Source: Candidatus Woesearchaeota archaeon | GTDB taxonomy: Archaea; Nanobdellota; Nanobdellia; Pacearchaeales; GW2011-AR1 | Assembly (NCBI GenBank): GCA_964557325.1 | Contig: CAZKZO010000001.1 | Location: forward strand, 1,159 to 65,158 | Length of the DNA stretch: 64,000 nt | Reading direction: 5' to 3' | Part shown: piece after piece, positions 18,174 to 28,540 of the stretch | Position numbering within the stretch: the stretch's first letter is position 1 | Layout of the letters: every line of letters starts with the position of its first letter | Notes under the pieces: model-generated | Told to the model about the DNA's origin: nothing | Database searches by the model: none | Seen by the model: the letters and a program-made list of their open reading frames with translations, nothing else | Made by a program: the position numbers and the translations under genes

Positions 18174-18878
18174 ATGGAATTAGAAGAAGGCGATGTAGTA
18201 CTTTGTACTGTTGATAGGATTATAGGAACAACTGTATTTGTAAATATAAAAGGCAATGGAGAAGGAAGTATTAATTTCAGTGAAGTTGCACCTGGAAGAA
18301 TAAGAAACATACGTTCATATGTTGTTCCAAAAAAGAAAATTGTCTGCAAAGTATTAAGAATTTCAAAAGGAAGAATAGAGCTTTCATTAAGAAGGGTTAC
18401 TTTAAAAGAAAAAAAAGAGGTCTTAGAAAGAGATAAACAAGAAAAAAGTTATGAAAATATGCTTAAAAGCATATTAAAAGAAAAAGCAGATAAAGATATT
18501 GAAAAAATAAAAAAAGAACAAAAACTTTTTGATTTTTTTCAGGAAGCGAGAAAAAACCCTAAAAAAGTGGAAAAAATATTTGGTAAAAAAGACTCTGAAA
18601 AAATTCTTGAAATATTAAAATCTCAAAAACCAAAAAAAACAATAGTTAAAAAATTTATAAAATTCATTTCCAAAAGCCAAAATGGGATTAGTGATATTAA
18701 AAACATACTTAAACACCCTAAAGAAATCAAAATCAAATACATTTCATCAGGAAAATACTCTTTAAAAACAGAGGCAGAAAATCCTAAAAAAGCAGATCAA
18801 AGACTTCAAAAATTTTTAAAAACAATAGAAAAAAAAGCTAAAAAGAACAATATTAAATTCAGTATTTTAAAGAAGTAA
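18174..18878 (+). CDS. eif2a: Translation initiation factor 2 alpha subunit
   Basis: S1 domain with SEVAPGRIRNIR and IELSLRRV. Confidence 0.88.
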   Translation: MELEEGDVVLCTVDRIIGTTVFVNIKGNGEGSINFSEVAPGRIRNIRSYVVPKKKIVCKVLRISKGRIELSLRRVTLKEKKEVLERDKQEKSYENMLKSILKEKADKDIEKIKKEQKLFDFFQEARKNPKKVEKIFGKKDSEKILEILKSQKPKKTIVKKFIKFISKSQNGISDIKNILKHPKEIKIKYISSGKYSLKTEAENPKKADQRLQKFLKTIEKKAKKNNIKFSILKK

Positions 18879-18964
18879 AAGAAATTCTTTATTTTAAATA
18901 ACAATTAATTTATCATAAAACTAGCTTTCGAAAGATTTAAATAACATATTTTTGGAGTAGATAT

Positions 18965-19375
18965 ATGGAAGATAAAAATGAGTTTAACATAATACTCTTA
19001 GGAATAATTTTTGACCCGGAAAAAAAGAAAATACTTATTGGTAGAAGGGAAAATGACCCTTATGTTCCTAAATTAACCTGGTGTTTTCCAGGTGGAAGAT
19101 TAAGAAAAGGAGAAGATGTAAGTGATGCTTTCAAAGACAGGATAAAAGAAACAACTGGTGTAGATGTTGCAAACCTTGGTTCTGTATTTTCAAAAACATA
19201 TCCTGAAAAAGAAGATTTATTTGCAATATACTTCTTATGTGAGATTCGTTCTGGAGAACCAAAAGCTTCAGGAGATTTAAAAGAACTCAAATGGGTTGAC
19301 CCTGAAGAACTTGAAGAATATTTTACAACCTCTTTCCATAAAAGGTTAAAGGAATACATTTTGAACTTGAAATGA
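18965..19375 (+). CDS. NUDIX hydrolase
   Basis: WCFPGG...GE......RIKETTG Nudix-like box. Confidence 0.8.
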   Translation: MEDKNEFNIILLGIIFDPEKKKILIGRRENDPYVPKLTWCFPGGRLRKGEDVSDAFKDRIKETTGVDVANLGSVFSKTYPEKEDLFAIYFLCEIRSGEPKASGDLKELKWVDPEELEEYFTTSFHKRLKEYILNLK

Positions 19376-19503
19376 AATTAAAAAAGTGTAAATCCTGTAA
19401 TTCTTATACCCTAAAAGATTCTTGTAAAACCTGTAAAGAAAAAACTTCTTCTGCCCATTACAAACATATCAAAGGAAGAAAAAATAAAGGTAAATCAAAA
19501 TAA
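19372..19503 (+). CDS. nop10: Nop10-like protein
   Basis: Manual: MKLKKCKSCNSYTLKDSCKTCKEKTSSAHYK; YTLK plus two CxxC; near aIF2-alpha; not in ORF track. Confidence 0.8.
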   Translation: MKLKKCKSCNSYTLKDSCKTCKEKTSSAHYKHIKGRKNKGKSK

Positions 19504-20730
19504 AGTTCCTTGTTTCTCTCCAAACAAAACCTTTCCATATTCACCATCATAACCAGGTTCAACTTTTAATTTTTTTTCACGATTTTTAATAACAAGTCTT
19601 GCGATTTTTTCATCAAACCTAGAAGCAATTTTTTGCTCAGATACATTTAATAAAATATTAAATTCATTTCCAAACTCACTTATCATTGAATTATAAATGC
19701 TCCATGCTTTTTTTGTATTCATAGAAGTATTTGTTAAAAGAGAGATTAATTCATGTAAAGGTAAAATCTTGTAAAAATGCCTTGCATTTTCAGGATTGTT
19801 TTCCTTAGCAATATCATGTTCTGCAATAGCTTCTACTCTGTGTTCTACACCTACAGTTAAAGGTTTTCCACATTTAGGACATATACCCTTAAGCTGTTTG
19901 GTTTTTTCAGGAGAACATGAAAAACTGCATTTTCTATGTCCATCCCAATGATACTTTCCATATTCAGGAGGTGTTTCTATTGTAGATTTAAGTCCTTTTC
20001 CTGTCCTAATTGCTTTAATTATGTTATCATAACTTAATTCTTTTAAATCAAAAATAGTTGCTTCTCTGCCAAGTCTCCATGGCCAAAAACTATGTGCATC
20101 TGAAAAACTCACAATATTTGTCTTTCCTTTATAAACATCATCTATCTTCCAAAGCATTTCAGGGTCAGCACTAATTCCTGATTCTATAGCATAGATATGC
20201 TTTACTTGTTCTTGAAAACACTCTTTAAGCGAATCAAAACCAGACTTGCTTCCATACAATCCAAACCAAGGAGTCATAGCATGAGCAGGAATAATTTCAA
20301 TTTTACTATTAATCTTTTTTAACTCTTCAACAAATTCAGGAGAACTCATTCCAAAAATAGGTCTTCCATCATAATCAATCCTTCCTTTACTTAAAAGAAA
20401 TTCTGTAAACTGATTAGCTGTTTCTTTATTAGGAAGTAAAACAACATGATGTATTGCTCTTCTTTTCCCGTCTTGACTATACATTAAACTAATTTCTGTC
20501 TGCCATAAAAAACCAACCTCTGCTCCAGGTGAAGTTCTTAAAATTCCTTTATCATCTTCAACAAGTTTTTTATCAATTTCTTCTCGCCTTAAAGGATGCT
20601 GCAAATCTCCAACACCTAACAAATTTATTCCTTTTATCTTAGCATATTTCTCCAGGTTTTCTATAGAAATCTTGCTACTTGTTGCTCTTGCATGCTTTGA
20701 ATGTATATGTAAATCAGATATGATTTCCAT
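19495..20730 (-). CDS. Endonuclease Q family (PHP domain plus Zn finger)
   Basis: DLHIHSK, SFSDAHS, YGKYHWDGHRKC, CPKCG, PGYDGEYG. Confidence 0.9.
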   Translation of the reverse strand: MEIISDLHIHSKHARATSSKISIENLEKYAKIKGINLLGVGDLQHPLRREEIDKKLVEDDKGILRTSPGAEVGFLWQTEISLMYSQDGKRRAIHHVVLLPNKETANQFTEFLLSKGRIDYDGRPIFGMSSPEFVEELKKINSKIEIIPAHAMTPWFGLYGSKSGFDSLKECFQEQVKHIYAIESGISADPEMLWKIDDVYKGKTNIVSFSDAHSFWPWRLGREATIFDLKELSYDNIIKAIRTGKGLKSTIETPPEYGKYHWDGHRKCSFSCSPEKTKQLKGICPKCGKPLTVGVEHRVEAIAEHDIAKENNPENARHFYKILPLHELISLLTNTSMNTKKAWSIYNSMISEFGNEFNILLNVSEQKIASRFDEKIARLVIKNREKKLKVEPGYDGEYGKVLFGEKQGTLF

Positions 20731-20874
20731 AAAAACCTCAATAAAAACAAGTTTTTAAGATTATAGTAAAAAATAATATAAAAAAAGAAAAATTAAAAAT
20801 ATTAAGCACTCACCAAAATAAATCTTTTAATTATTTAAAAAACTCTATTGTTGTAAACCTTTACTTCTTAAAAA

Positions 20875-22395
20875 TTACTTCTTTTTCTTTGCAATTCCAA
20901 AACCTACTGCAATAATAATTATTACTCCAATTACAATCCAAAGCCACATTAAACTACTGCCTTCTTCTTCAGCAGGTGTTTCTTCTTCTCTTTCTACCTG
21001 TCCTGTTGTTGTAACACCACCTTCTTCTTCAGCAGGTGTTTCTTCATGAATCTCCTTTATTGTAACATCTGCATCACCATCAACAATTGCATTTAAAATC
21101 ACATATATATCATAATACCCATCATCATCAACATCAATCTTAGCATCTTCACCAACTGCTAAATTAACAGTAACAGGGTCACTTGCAATTTCAATTGTTA
21201 CTTTATCTGTTCCCACAGAAACAACACCTACATGATGATATTCATTATTAACTTCAACTCTTATTCTTTTATTTGCTTGTATTTGAGCAGTATATCCATT
21301 TTGGAAAACTTCTTTACTAATTGCATGAGTTGCCCATGTAGCTGCTCCACTGCTACTAGAACCAGATGAACTTCCTGAATTTGAAACACCTTCAACAGTA
21401 TAACTTGCAGTAGCAGAATCTACATTTCCTGCATAATCATACACAGTACATGTATAAGTAAAACTTCCTGTTAATTCAGGTGTTGAAGTTCCATCACTAG
21501 ATGTAGAACTTGTTGTTTGTTTTGAACTATTTGCTCCAGACTGTGAATCTGTAGCTGAACATGAACAAGGAAAACTATCTCCTGAAGTAACATCACTACA
21601 ACTTGCACCTGCTGTTGGATTTGTAGAATCCATTTCAATGTAAAGATTATGTGGAGAGTTATTCATAGCAAAATTATTAACAGTGTCATTTACATAAATT
21701 TGTAACAATCGTGCACCATCTTCGTTTCCTGTTAAAGGAATACTCGTGGAATTACACCACCCATTACTTATTGCTATACTAGATTCATTAATAGCATTTG
21801 TAGAGTTAATACTTATTAAACATCTTGAACCTGTTAAACCAGAATCAGCATCACTTGCATAAATATTTAAATTTAAAGTTGTAGAGGTATTATATGCCCT
21901 ATTTGTTGCCGAAGCATTTACAATACTTGTATTTGTAGCTGAATATGTTGGAGTTGATGACCACCAGATTTTGATTGTTGAAGGCCCTGTTCCATCAATA
22001 GTCATTGAAACAGCAGAAGAATTTGTAGAGTTTGTTCCATCTGTAGCCTCTACAATAAAAGTATAATTAGCTTCTGTTAAATTATAATATAGTAAACCTG
22101 CCTTTGCAGTTCCTACTGCTCCAGAAGTATTAGCAAGTTTAGCAAAAGTAGCTCCTGTAAAATCAGTCCCGTTTGTTGTTATATATACATTATAAGTTGA
22201 ATCCACAGTATGGTTTGTCCAATTCAAATAAAACACACCATGTGTTCCATTAAGCCCATCAAAATTAGCAGTTGTATTTAAACCAAAAACAAGATTAGTC
22301 GGTGCTTTGGCACCACTCACAAAACCACTCATCATAATAACAATTGCTAATAAAAAAATTCCAAAACCTAAAACTTTTAAACCCTTATCCATCAT
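20875..22395 (-). CDS. Cell-surface glycoprotein (signal peptide, beta-rich, C-terminal TM)
   Basis: Many NxS/T sequons, Ser/Gly linker, DVDDDGYYD Ca-binding-like motif, duplicated EETPAEEEG, TM plus KKKK. Confidence 0.75.
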   Translation of the reverse strand: MMDKGLKVLGFGIFLLAIVIMMSGFVSGAKAPTNLVFGLNTTANFDGLNGTHGVFYLNWTNHTVDSTYNVYITTNGTDFTGATFAKLANTSGAVGTAKAGLLYYNLTEANYTFIVEATDGTNSTNSSAVSMTIDGTGPSTIKIWWSSTPTYSATNTSIVNASATNRAYNTSTTLNLNIYASDADSGLTGSRCLISINSTNAINESSIAISNGWCNSTSIPLTGNEDGARLLQIYVNDTVNNFAMNNSPHNLYIEMDSTNPTAGASCSDVTSGDSFPCSCSATDSQSGANSSKQTTSSTSSDGTSTPELTGSFTYTCTVYDYAGNVDSATASYTVEGVSNSGSSSGSSSSGAATWATHAISKEVFQNGYTAQIQANKRIRVEVNNEYHHVGVVSVGTDKVTIEIASDPVTVNLAVGEDAKIDVDDDGYYDIYVILNAIVDGDADVTIKEIHEETPAEEEGGVTTTGQVEREEETPAEEEGSSLMWLWIVIGVIIIIAVGFGIAKKKK

Positions 22396-22449
22396 CTCTT
22401 TTAATTTGTTTATACTTTTTGTAAGAAACAAGTGTTTATAAATGTTTTT

Positions 22450-24945
22450 TTATATCTCGTCCACAATTCCTTTTTGAGAAATAAAGAAAATAGTTTCATT
22501 ATCTGGTAAATTAGGAGAGTCAATAAGTTTTGCAACTCTTGAATCTTTTTTTCCTCGTCGGAGATAAAGTCTATAAGTAGAATTATGCACAACAAAACCA
22601 TTAGCAATATAGTTTTCTGTTAAAGGAACAGAAAAATCAAAAAAAGGTTCTTTCTTTTTATTAACATTAATCTTTATTTTTCTTATTTTTTCAAATCTCA
22701 AATTAGAATTAAGTAATTTAAAAATAAAATTTACTTTTTGTTTTATTTGCCTGTCTTTTATCTTGGTATTCATAAGTGCCAAATGTGCATTGTTTAATTC
22801 TCTTTTATTAATCCATTTATAACTTTTTGGTCTTGGTTTAATAATCTTTGATGGCTTTAACCCTGCATCTTTAAGTAAACCCCAAATATCTTTTCTCTTA
22901 ACAGGCATTATTTCTTTAGTATATGTTTTTTCATAATGTTTAACCCATTTTAATAATCTTTTTTGTTTATCTCTTGCACTAAATCTGATTTGCATGAATT
23001 TAACAACATCTCTATCTCTTATTGAAATATTAGAAATCTTTTTTCTGCCAACATCAAATCTCAAAAAACTCCTTATTCCAAATCTTAATAAAAATAACTG
23101 GATATACTTCAATATGGTTTTTTCTTTTTGCGCAACAGTTATTTTTGGTTTTGTGATGTCAATGTGTCCTTCTGCATCAACAAAACCCTTGATAAAACTC
23201 TTTACAACTTCTTTCTCAGATTTTGAAATTATATTAAAAATTTCTGGTAAAATCAGGGAAAAAAGGTCTTTGATCTCTTTTGAATTAATATTTAAAGTAA
23301 AGCAGTTTTTATTTTTCATTTTGCTTATTTTTCCTTCCACTCCAAAAACTTTCTTAAATAAATTATTATAAATCATTAAAATATCCTTTCTTTCATCCTT
23401 AAATCTTATCCCTCTTTTTTCAAAATTTCCATCTCCAAGAAAATATCCGCAAATCTGACCTAAATTAGAACTCATAAATTCAGGCATAATTAAATTTTTA
23501 TGCTTATAAGTATAAACAGGTATTACTTCAAGAGTTTGTTTTCCTGAAAACTGCTGACTTAATCTATCAAATATTTCTAAATTGGAAGGATAAGACTGAT
23601 TTAAAACCCTTCTAAATTGTCTTTGAGAAATTCCTACTTTTTTACATATTTCTTTTCTTGTAATATTTTTTTCTTTTAATTTATCTGAAATCAGTTTTCC
23701 TTCTTTATCAGAAATTTTTCCAATTCTTTTAATATTAACAAGAGGAAGTTTTTGTTTCTTTCCTTGAATTTCGATTTTATCTGCATGGGCAATAAAATCC
23801 TTTTGTTTTAGGTCTTTTGCTTCTTTTTCAGTTATAGAAAAATTATCTATTGTAAAAAACCTGTGCAAACCAGAACAATTTATTATATTTGTGGTTTGAA
23901 TCTCATAAGATTTTTTTACATCAGGATTAACAAAAACTTTATCTGACTCTGAGTTAATTAATTTCATATTTGAAAAATTACTTGAAAAAACTTTTTCCTG
24001 TCCCATATTCTTTATTTCTTTAATTCTTCCATCAGACAATTGAATCAAGCTATCTCCTGTTAAACAAGCATGCCCCACTATATGCCCTCCAATTGCTGTA
24101 GTAGGATCTCCAAAAAGCTGAGCAGGATTTGCCATAACTTGATTAGTTACATAAATTGCAAGATTATGTGTTTCTGCAAGTTTCATAAGTTGATGTATAT
24201 ATCTATTAAGTCTTTGTTGTCTATCTGCAAGTTGTCCTCTTCCAGAAAACTCTGCTCTAAAATGAGCAGTCAAAGAATCAACTATTAATAATTTAATTGG
24301 CTCACCTCCCCTAATCATTTCAGAAATTTTGTCTAAAAGCAAAACCTGATGGTCTGAATTAAAAGCTCTTGCCACAAAAATATTTTTTAAAACTTTTTCA
24401 GGATTTGCCCCAATTCCTTCTGCAATTTGTTTTACTCTTGCAGGTCTAAAAGTTCCTTCTGTGTCTATAAAAACAGCTTTCCCATTTGCCCCTCCTTTTT
24501 CCTCAGGAAGTTGAACATTAACAGCAAGTGTTAAACCTACTTGTGTTTTTCCACTGCCATAAGAACCAAAACATTCTGTAATCGCTCTACTTTCTACACC
24601 TTTTCCACCCAATAAACTATCAAAATTTTCACTGCCTGTAGTTATATTATGCACAGATTCTCTTTTTTTTGCATATGCAGTTCCTTCTACAAAACCTAAA
24701 TCAAGCATTTTTCTTGCTTCAGCTATAGCTTTTCTTGCAACAGCCACACTTACTCCAGCTGCATCAGAAATATCTGCAGGAGTCATAACTGCCAAACCCA
24801 TTAAATCATAAACACCTGCATTTTCCAATTTAGTTGAAACAGCAGGTCCTATTCCTGGCAAATCAGTAAGCTTAGGTTCTTCATTATTTTTTGACTCAGA
24901 AGTCACAGCTTTTTTAACTTCTTCTGTATCTTTTTTAGCTGTCAT
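22450..24945 (-). CDS. radA: Recombinase RadA with intein
   Basis: HhH N-domain, GSYGSGKTQ, IDTEGTFRP, RAEFSGRG, LIDSP. Confidence 0.95.
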   Translation of the reverse strand: MTAKKDTEEVKKAVTSESKNNEEPKLTDLPGIGPAVSTKLENAGVYDLMGLAVMTPADISDAAGVSVAVARKAIAEARKMLDLGFVEGTAYAKKRESVHNITTGSENFDSLLGGKGVESRAITECFGSYGSGKTQVGLTLAVNVQLPEEKGGANGKAVFIDTEGTFRPARVKQIAEGIGANPEKVLKNIFVARAFNSDHQVLLLDKISEMIRGGEPIKLLIVDSLTAHFRAEFSGRGQLADRQQRLNRYIHQLMKLAETHNLAIYVTNQVMANPAQLFGDPTTAIGGHIVGHACLTGDSLIQLSDGRIKEIKNMGQEKVFSSNFSNMKLINSESDKVFVNPDVKKSYEIQTTNIINCSGLHRFFTIDNFSITEKEAKDLKQKDFIAHADKIEIQGKKQKLPLVNIKRIGKISDKEGKLISDKLKEKNITRKEICKKVGISQRQFRRVLNQSYPSNLEIFDRLSQQFSGKQTLEVIPVYTYKHKNLIMPEFMSSNLGQICGYFLGDGNFEKRGIRFKDERKDILMIYNNLFKKVFGVEGKISKMKNKNCFTLNINSKEIKDLFSLILPEIFNIISKSEKEVVKSFIKGFVDAEGHIDITKPKITVAQKEKTILKYIQLFLLRFGIRSFLRFDVGRKKISNISIRDRDVVKFMQIRFSARDKQKRLLKWVKHYEKTYTKEIMPVKRKDIWGLLKDAGLKPSKIIKPRPKSYKWINKRELNNAHLALMNTKIKDRQIKQKVNFIFKLLNSNLRFEKIRKIKINVNKKKEPFFDFSVPLTENYIANGFVVHNSTYRLYLRRGKKDSRVAKLIDSPNLPDNETIFFISQKGIVDEI
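22582..24066 (-). mobile_element. Intein (495 aa) with LAGLIDADG homing endonuclease in radA
   Basis: GHA|CLTGD ... GYFLGDG ... GFVDAEG ... VVHN|STY. Confidence 0.92.
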
Positions 24946-25010
24946 ATTAAGGCAAACTCTCTTCTATTTATAAGCATTATTAAACTAATAGATATACTTT
25001 AGAAATTAAC

Positions 25011-25469
25011 CTAAACCATGGCCAAAATTTTAAAAGCAATCAAAAACAAATCCGCCAAAACAAAGAAAGTAAATACAATAATTTCTATTCTACCTCCAGT
25101 CCTAATACTTCCTGACAATGTTTTTTTGTAAGGATAAAAAGGTTGTATACCTTTTTTAGTAAAACTATCTGTAAATAAATGCACACTATATCCTAAAAAG
25201 AAAGCAAAAGCCAGAACAGGAATAAACAATGCAAAAAATAAAGTAATTAATAAAAGAAAAATATAGCTATGAAAAAACCCTCTATGATTAACAAAAAATT
25301 GCAATAACCTAAAAGTTTTCTTGTTTCCGGATTTAGAATATTTTGAATCTATATCAGGAATTAAAGTAGCTAAAAAAGCAACTACAACAAAAACTGCTTT
25401 ATTTTCAATATAACTTATAAAAATTAAAACAAAAAATAAAGTAATTGCCAGATGGGTTCTTGTAAGCAT
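25011..25469 (-). CDS. Membrane-bound metal-dependent hydrolase (YdjM-like)
   Basis: TH, LIPDID, HRGFFHS, HLFTD. Confidence 0.85.
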   Translation of the reverse strand: MLTRTHLAITLFFVLIFISYIENKAVFVVVAFLATLIPDIDSKYSKSGNKKTFRLLQFFVNHRGFFHSYIFLLLITLFFALFIPVLAFAFFLGYSVHLFTDSFTKKGIQPFYPYKKTLSGSIRTGGRIEIIVFTFFVLADLFLIAFKILAMV

Positions 25470-25470
25470 T

Positions 25471-26406
25471 TTATTTTTCAAGTTTTTCAAGCACTTTATC
25501 TAAATTAACATCTTTTACTTCATTAATAATTAATTCAGTATTATTGAAATAAGAATTATTCCTCACATTACCTGTAAATATCATTTCCTTTCCAAGGATT
25601 TTTTCTTTTTCTTCAATCAAATTTTCAGAATCAAGATTAATGCCTAAATCAGAAATCTTTTCATGAAATAAAACAGCCCTTATTGAATCTGTGCCATCAT
25701 CAATAACAATATTTGTAACAGCTCTTTTTTCAGGAACTACTTTTCCATGCTCCTGACACATAAAATCTTCTCCTTGTTTATTTGCTTTTTTATTACATTC
25801 AGAACATACATAAAAAAATCTTGGCTCAAAACTCTGCACAATAAAAGCTCTTGTACTTGCAGTCTCACCTTTTTTTAGTTCTAAAATTGGTTTTTCATGA
25901 ACTACTCTTTCAGTTTTAACATCTTTAAACTCTTTATCAATAAGCTTTATTTCAGAAAAACTTCCTAAATGAATTTCTCTATCTCTCATGCTTCCATTTA
26001 AAATCTCAATAGAACTTTCTTCTTTTATCTCACCTTTTTCAATTAAAGAAATAAGATTAGTATCCCATATCACAACTTTTATATTTGAAGTTTCATCACC
26101 TAATAAAAGATTGACAACTTTACTTTCTTCACCTTTTTTTGTCTGAAAAGTTCTTATAGGGGAAATAGAAATTACCTTTCCACTTGTATTTGCATTTCTC
26201 ATACCTGGCAAAAGCTCATCAATCTTAAGATTTTCATTCTCAAAACTTACATTTAATTCAGCAGCAACTACTTGAGCTGCACCTTCTTTACTAATCAATC
26301 CAGAAAGCTTTGCTCTTTTGGCCTCAACTCTTCTTTCTACTTCTTCCTTTTTAAGTTTTGCAGAATCAGCAATCTTCTGCAAAATCTTCTCATAATTTCC
26401 CTGCAT
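25471..26406 (-). CDS. rpa: Replication protein A (OB folds plus Zn finger)
   Basis: LSGLIS.EGA, GDETSNIKVVIW, CSEC...CQEH, DDGT. Confidence 0.85.
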   Translation of the reverse strand: MQGNYEKILQKIADSAKLKKEEVERRVEAKRAKLSGLISKEGAAQVVAAELNVSFENENLKIDELLPGMRNANTSGKVISISPIRTFQTKKGEESKVVNLLLGDETSNIKVVIWDTNLISLIEKGEIKEESSIEILNGSMRDREIHLGSFSEIKLIDKEFKDVKTERVVHEKPILELKKGETASTRAFIVQSFEPRFFYVCSECNKKANKQGEDFMCQEHGKVVPEKRAVTNIVIDDGTDSIRAVLFHEKISDLGINLDSENLIEEKEKILGKEMIFTGNVRNNSYFNNTELIINEVKDVNLDKVLEKLEK

Positions 26407-26494
26407 TTTAAACTTCTTTAAAATAAAACACTTTTTCTTTTTAAGTATTATGCAAACCAACAAGCTTTATAAACAATCTTAATTAAAATAAACC

Positions 26495-26767
26495 ATGGGA
26501 ATAGCAGTAGTTAAATTCAAGATAATGCCTTCTTCTCCAGAAGCAGACTTAGAAAACATTAAATTAAAAATAAAAGAAATTGTTGAAAAACAAGGTGTTA
26601 AAAATCCTAATTTTGAAGAAGAACCAATAGCATTTGGACTCAAAGCAATCTTAATTATATTTGGATGGCCTGAAGAAAAACCCTTGGAAGAGCTTGAAGA
26701 AAAACTTAAACAAATTCAGGATGTAAACTCAATTCAACTAGTAGATATAAGAAGAGCTATTGGTTAA
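26495..26767 (+). CDS. ef1b: Elongation factor 1-beta
   Basis: KIMPSSPEADL, EEPIAFGLKA. Confidence 0.93.
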   Translation: MGIAVVKFKIMPSSPEADLENIKLKIKEIVEKQGVKNPNFEEEPIAFGLKAILIIFGWPEEKPLEELEEKLKQIQDVNSIQLVDIRRAIG

Positions 26768-26813
26768 ATAACCACACCCAAAAAAATAAAAGGTATTTTT
26801 TCTTTAAAAAAAC

Positions 26814-27449
26814 ATGATTTCAGACGAACAAGCAAATCAAATTAAAAAACAAATTATTTCACAAATAGAAAAAAGCTTTCCTGAAGACAAAAAAGAATTT
26901 GCAATAAAACAAGTTCAAGACATGAACAATGAACAACTGGAAACTTTTCTAAAGCAAAATAATTTAAAAGTTCAACAAGGACAAGTTCAAGCACCTCAAG
27001 AACAAAAATGTATTTTCTGTTCAATAGCTTCTGGAGAAATAGAATCTTTTAAAATTGATGAAAACAAAACAGCAATTGCAGTATTAGAAATAAACCCTAT
27101 TTCAAAAGGACACACTCTTATAATTCCAAAACAACATGTAACTTCAGAAAAAGATATCTCTAAAACAACTATTTCTCTTGCAAATAAAATTAAGAAAAAA
27201 TTGAAATCCAAACTCAAACCTGAAAAAATTGAAATAAAAAATTCAAATATCATGAATCATGAAATAATCAATATAATTCCTATTTACAAAGAAACTGATT
27301 TAGACGCTGAAAGAAAACCTGCTAACAAAAAAGAACTTGCAGAACTCCAGAAAAACATTAAACCAAAGCCAAAGCCAGTAAAAAAACAACCTCAAACCCA
27401 AAAACTAAAACCAAAAGAAAACTTAAACGTCCCAAAAAGAATCCCCTAA
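26814..27449 (+). CDS. HIT-family protein with degenerate triad
   Basis: CIFC, INPISKGHTLIIPK.H; HxHxH replaced by HEIIN. Confidence 0.8.
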   Translation: MISDEQANQIKKQIISQIEKSFPEDKKEFAIKQVQDMNNEQLETFLKQNNLKVQQGQVQAPQEQKCIFCSIASGEIESFKIDENKTAIAVLEINPISKGHTLIIPKQHVTSEKDISKTTISLANKIKKKLKSKLKPEKIEIKNSNIMNHEIINIIPIYKETDLDAERKPANKKELAELQKNIKPKPKPVKKQPQTQKLKPKENLNVPKRIP

Positions 27450-27452
27450 TTC

Positions 27453-28289
27453 TTAAAAACCAAGAGATATTCCTGAAAAATAAAAAAACATTAAAACTAA
27501 AAAAGTAATTAAAAAAACAGGACTAAAGGCAATTCCTTTTCTTATCTTAATTTTTTTCTTTCTCTTTTTTAAAATAGAAATCTCTTTTTTGCTTAATCCA
27601 TGCCAAGAAGGAATGATTTTTTTATCTTTGAATTTCACATTTTGATAAAGCCAATCTCCTTCTCTTAAATATTTAGGAGAAACATTTTCTACCATAATAC
27701 CTTCATCAATTGATTTGGCATAAACATGAAGCCATGGAAAAATAAAAAACAAGATTCCAAGATAAATCAAAACCCAATGAAATAAAACTCCTCCTAAAGC
27801 AATTAATACTGCAAAACCTAACATCCAAGTATAAACCCTCCTATATTTTCTAAATTGTTTTGAAAACTCTTTTTTGAATTTTCTTGGATTTTTCAGTGCA
27901 ATTCTCAAACTAATAATTAAAGTATAAATAGCTCCTATAAACAAAAATATAATTAAAAAATCAGTAAATAAATTAAAATTCTCATAGAAATTATTTGAAA
28001 AAGGCAATATAGCTCCAAAAGCCATCATTAACTTAGCATCACCACCTGCAAAAACTCTGCTATAATAAAGAATACTTCCTATTAAAAAAAATACACCTAA
28101 TCCAATTACTCCTTGATAAAAAAATCCAAAACTTCCTCCAAATAAAGAATAAAAAAACCTATACCCTAAAGCAAAAATAATCAAAGAAAAATTAAGCCAA
28201 TTTGCAATTTCATTTGTTTTCAAATCCTGCATAACTGCGAAAACAACCCAAACCAATGCCAACACCCATAAAAAAATAATTTCATGCAT
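27453..28289 (-). CDS. Prepilin peptidase (A24 family)
   Basis: QDLKTNEIAN and AGGDAKL catalytic Asp motifs, multi-TM. Confidence 0.9.
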   Translation of the reverse strand: MHEIIFLWVLALVWVVFAVMQDLKTNEIANWLNFSLIIFALGYRFFYSLFGGSFGFFYQGVIGLGVFFLIGSILYYSRVFAGGDAKLMMAFGAILPFSNNFYENFNLFTDFLIIFLFIGAIYTLIISLRIALKNPRKFKKEFSKQFRKYRRVYTWMLGFAVLIALGGVLFHWVLIYLGILFFIFPWLHVYAKSIDEGIMVENVSPKYLREGDWLYQNVKFKDKKIIPSWHGLSKKEISILKKRKKKIKIRKGIAFSPVFLITFLVLMFFYFSGISLGF

Positions 28290-28363
28290 CCTTAAAAAAA
28301 GAATTAACAATTTATAAATTATTACAATCAAACATTTAAAATAAAGCTCTTGCTACAAACTCC

Positions 28364-28492
28364 TTATTTATTTTTCTTTTTACTGCCTTCACCTCTACTT
28401 CTTTCTTTTCCTCCTTTCTTATAAGGATGTTTTTTATTTTCCTTTTTCTTATCTTTACGCTTTTTACGCTTTTGAGGCATTGCATATTCCAT
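28364..28492 (-). CDS. Very basic 42-aa peptide
   Basis: Manual: MEYAMPQKRKKRKDKKKENKKHPYKKGGKERSRGEGSKKKNK; TTTAAA box upstream. Confidence 0.55.
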   Translation of the reverse strand: MEYAMPQKRKKRKDKKKENKKHPYKKGGKERSRGEGSKKKNK

Positions 28493-28540
28493 AATTAAAA
28501 TAATAGAATTAGGTTTAAATAATTTAGGTTAAAAATAAAA

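Noticed and set aside
20958..21046. Direct repeat CCTTCTTCTTCAGCAGGTGTTTCTTC x2
   Set aside because: Intragenic duplication encoding EETPAEEEG in a surface-protein linker.
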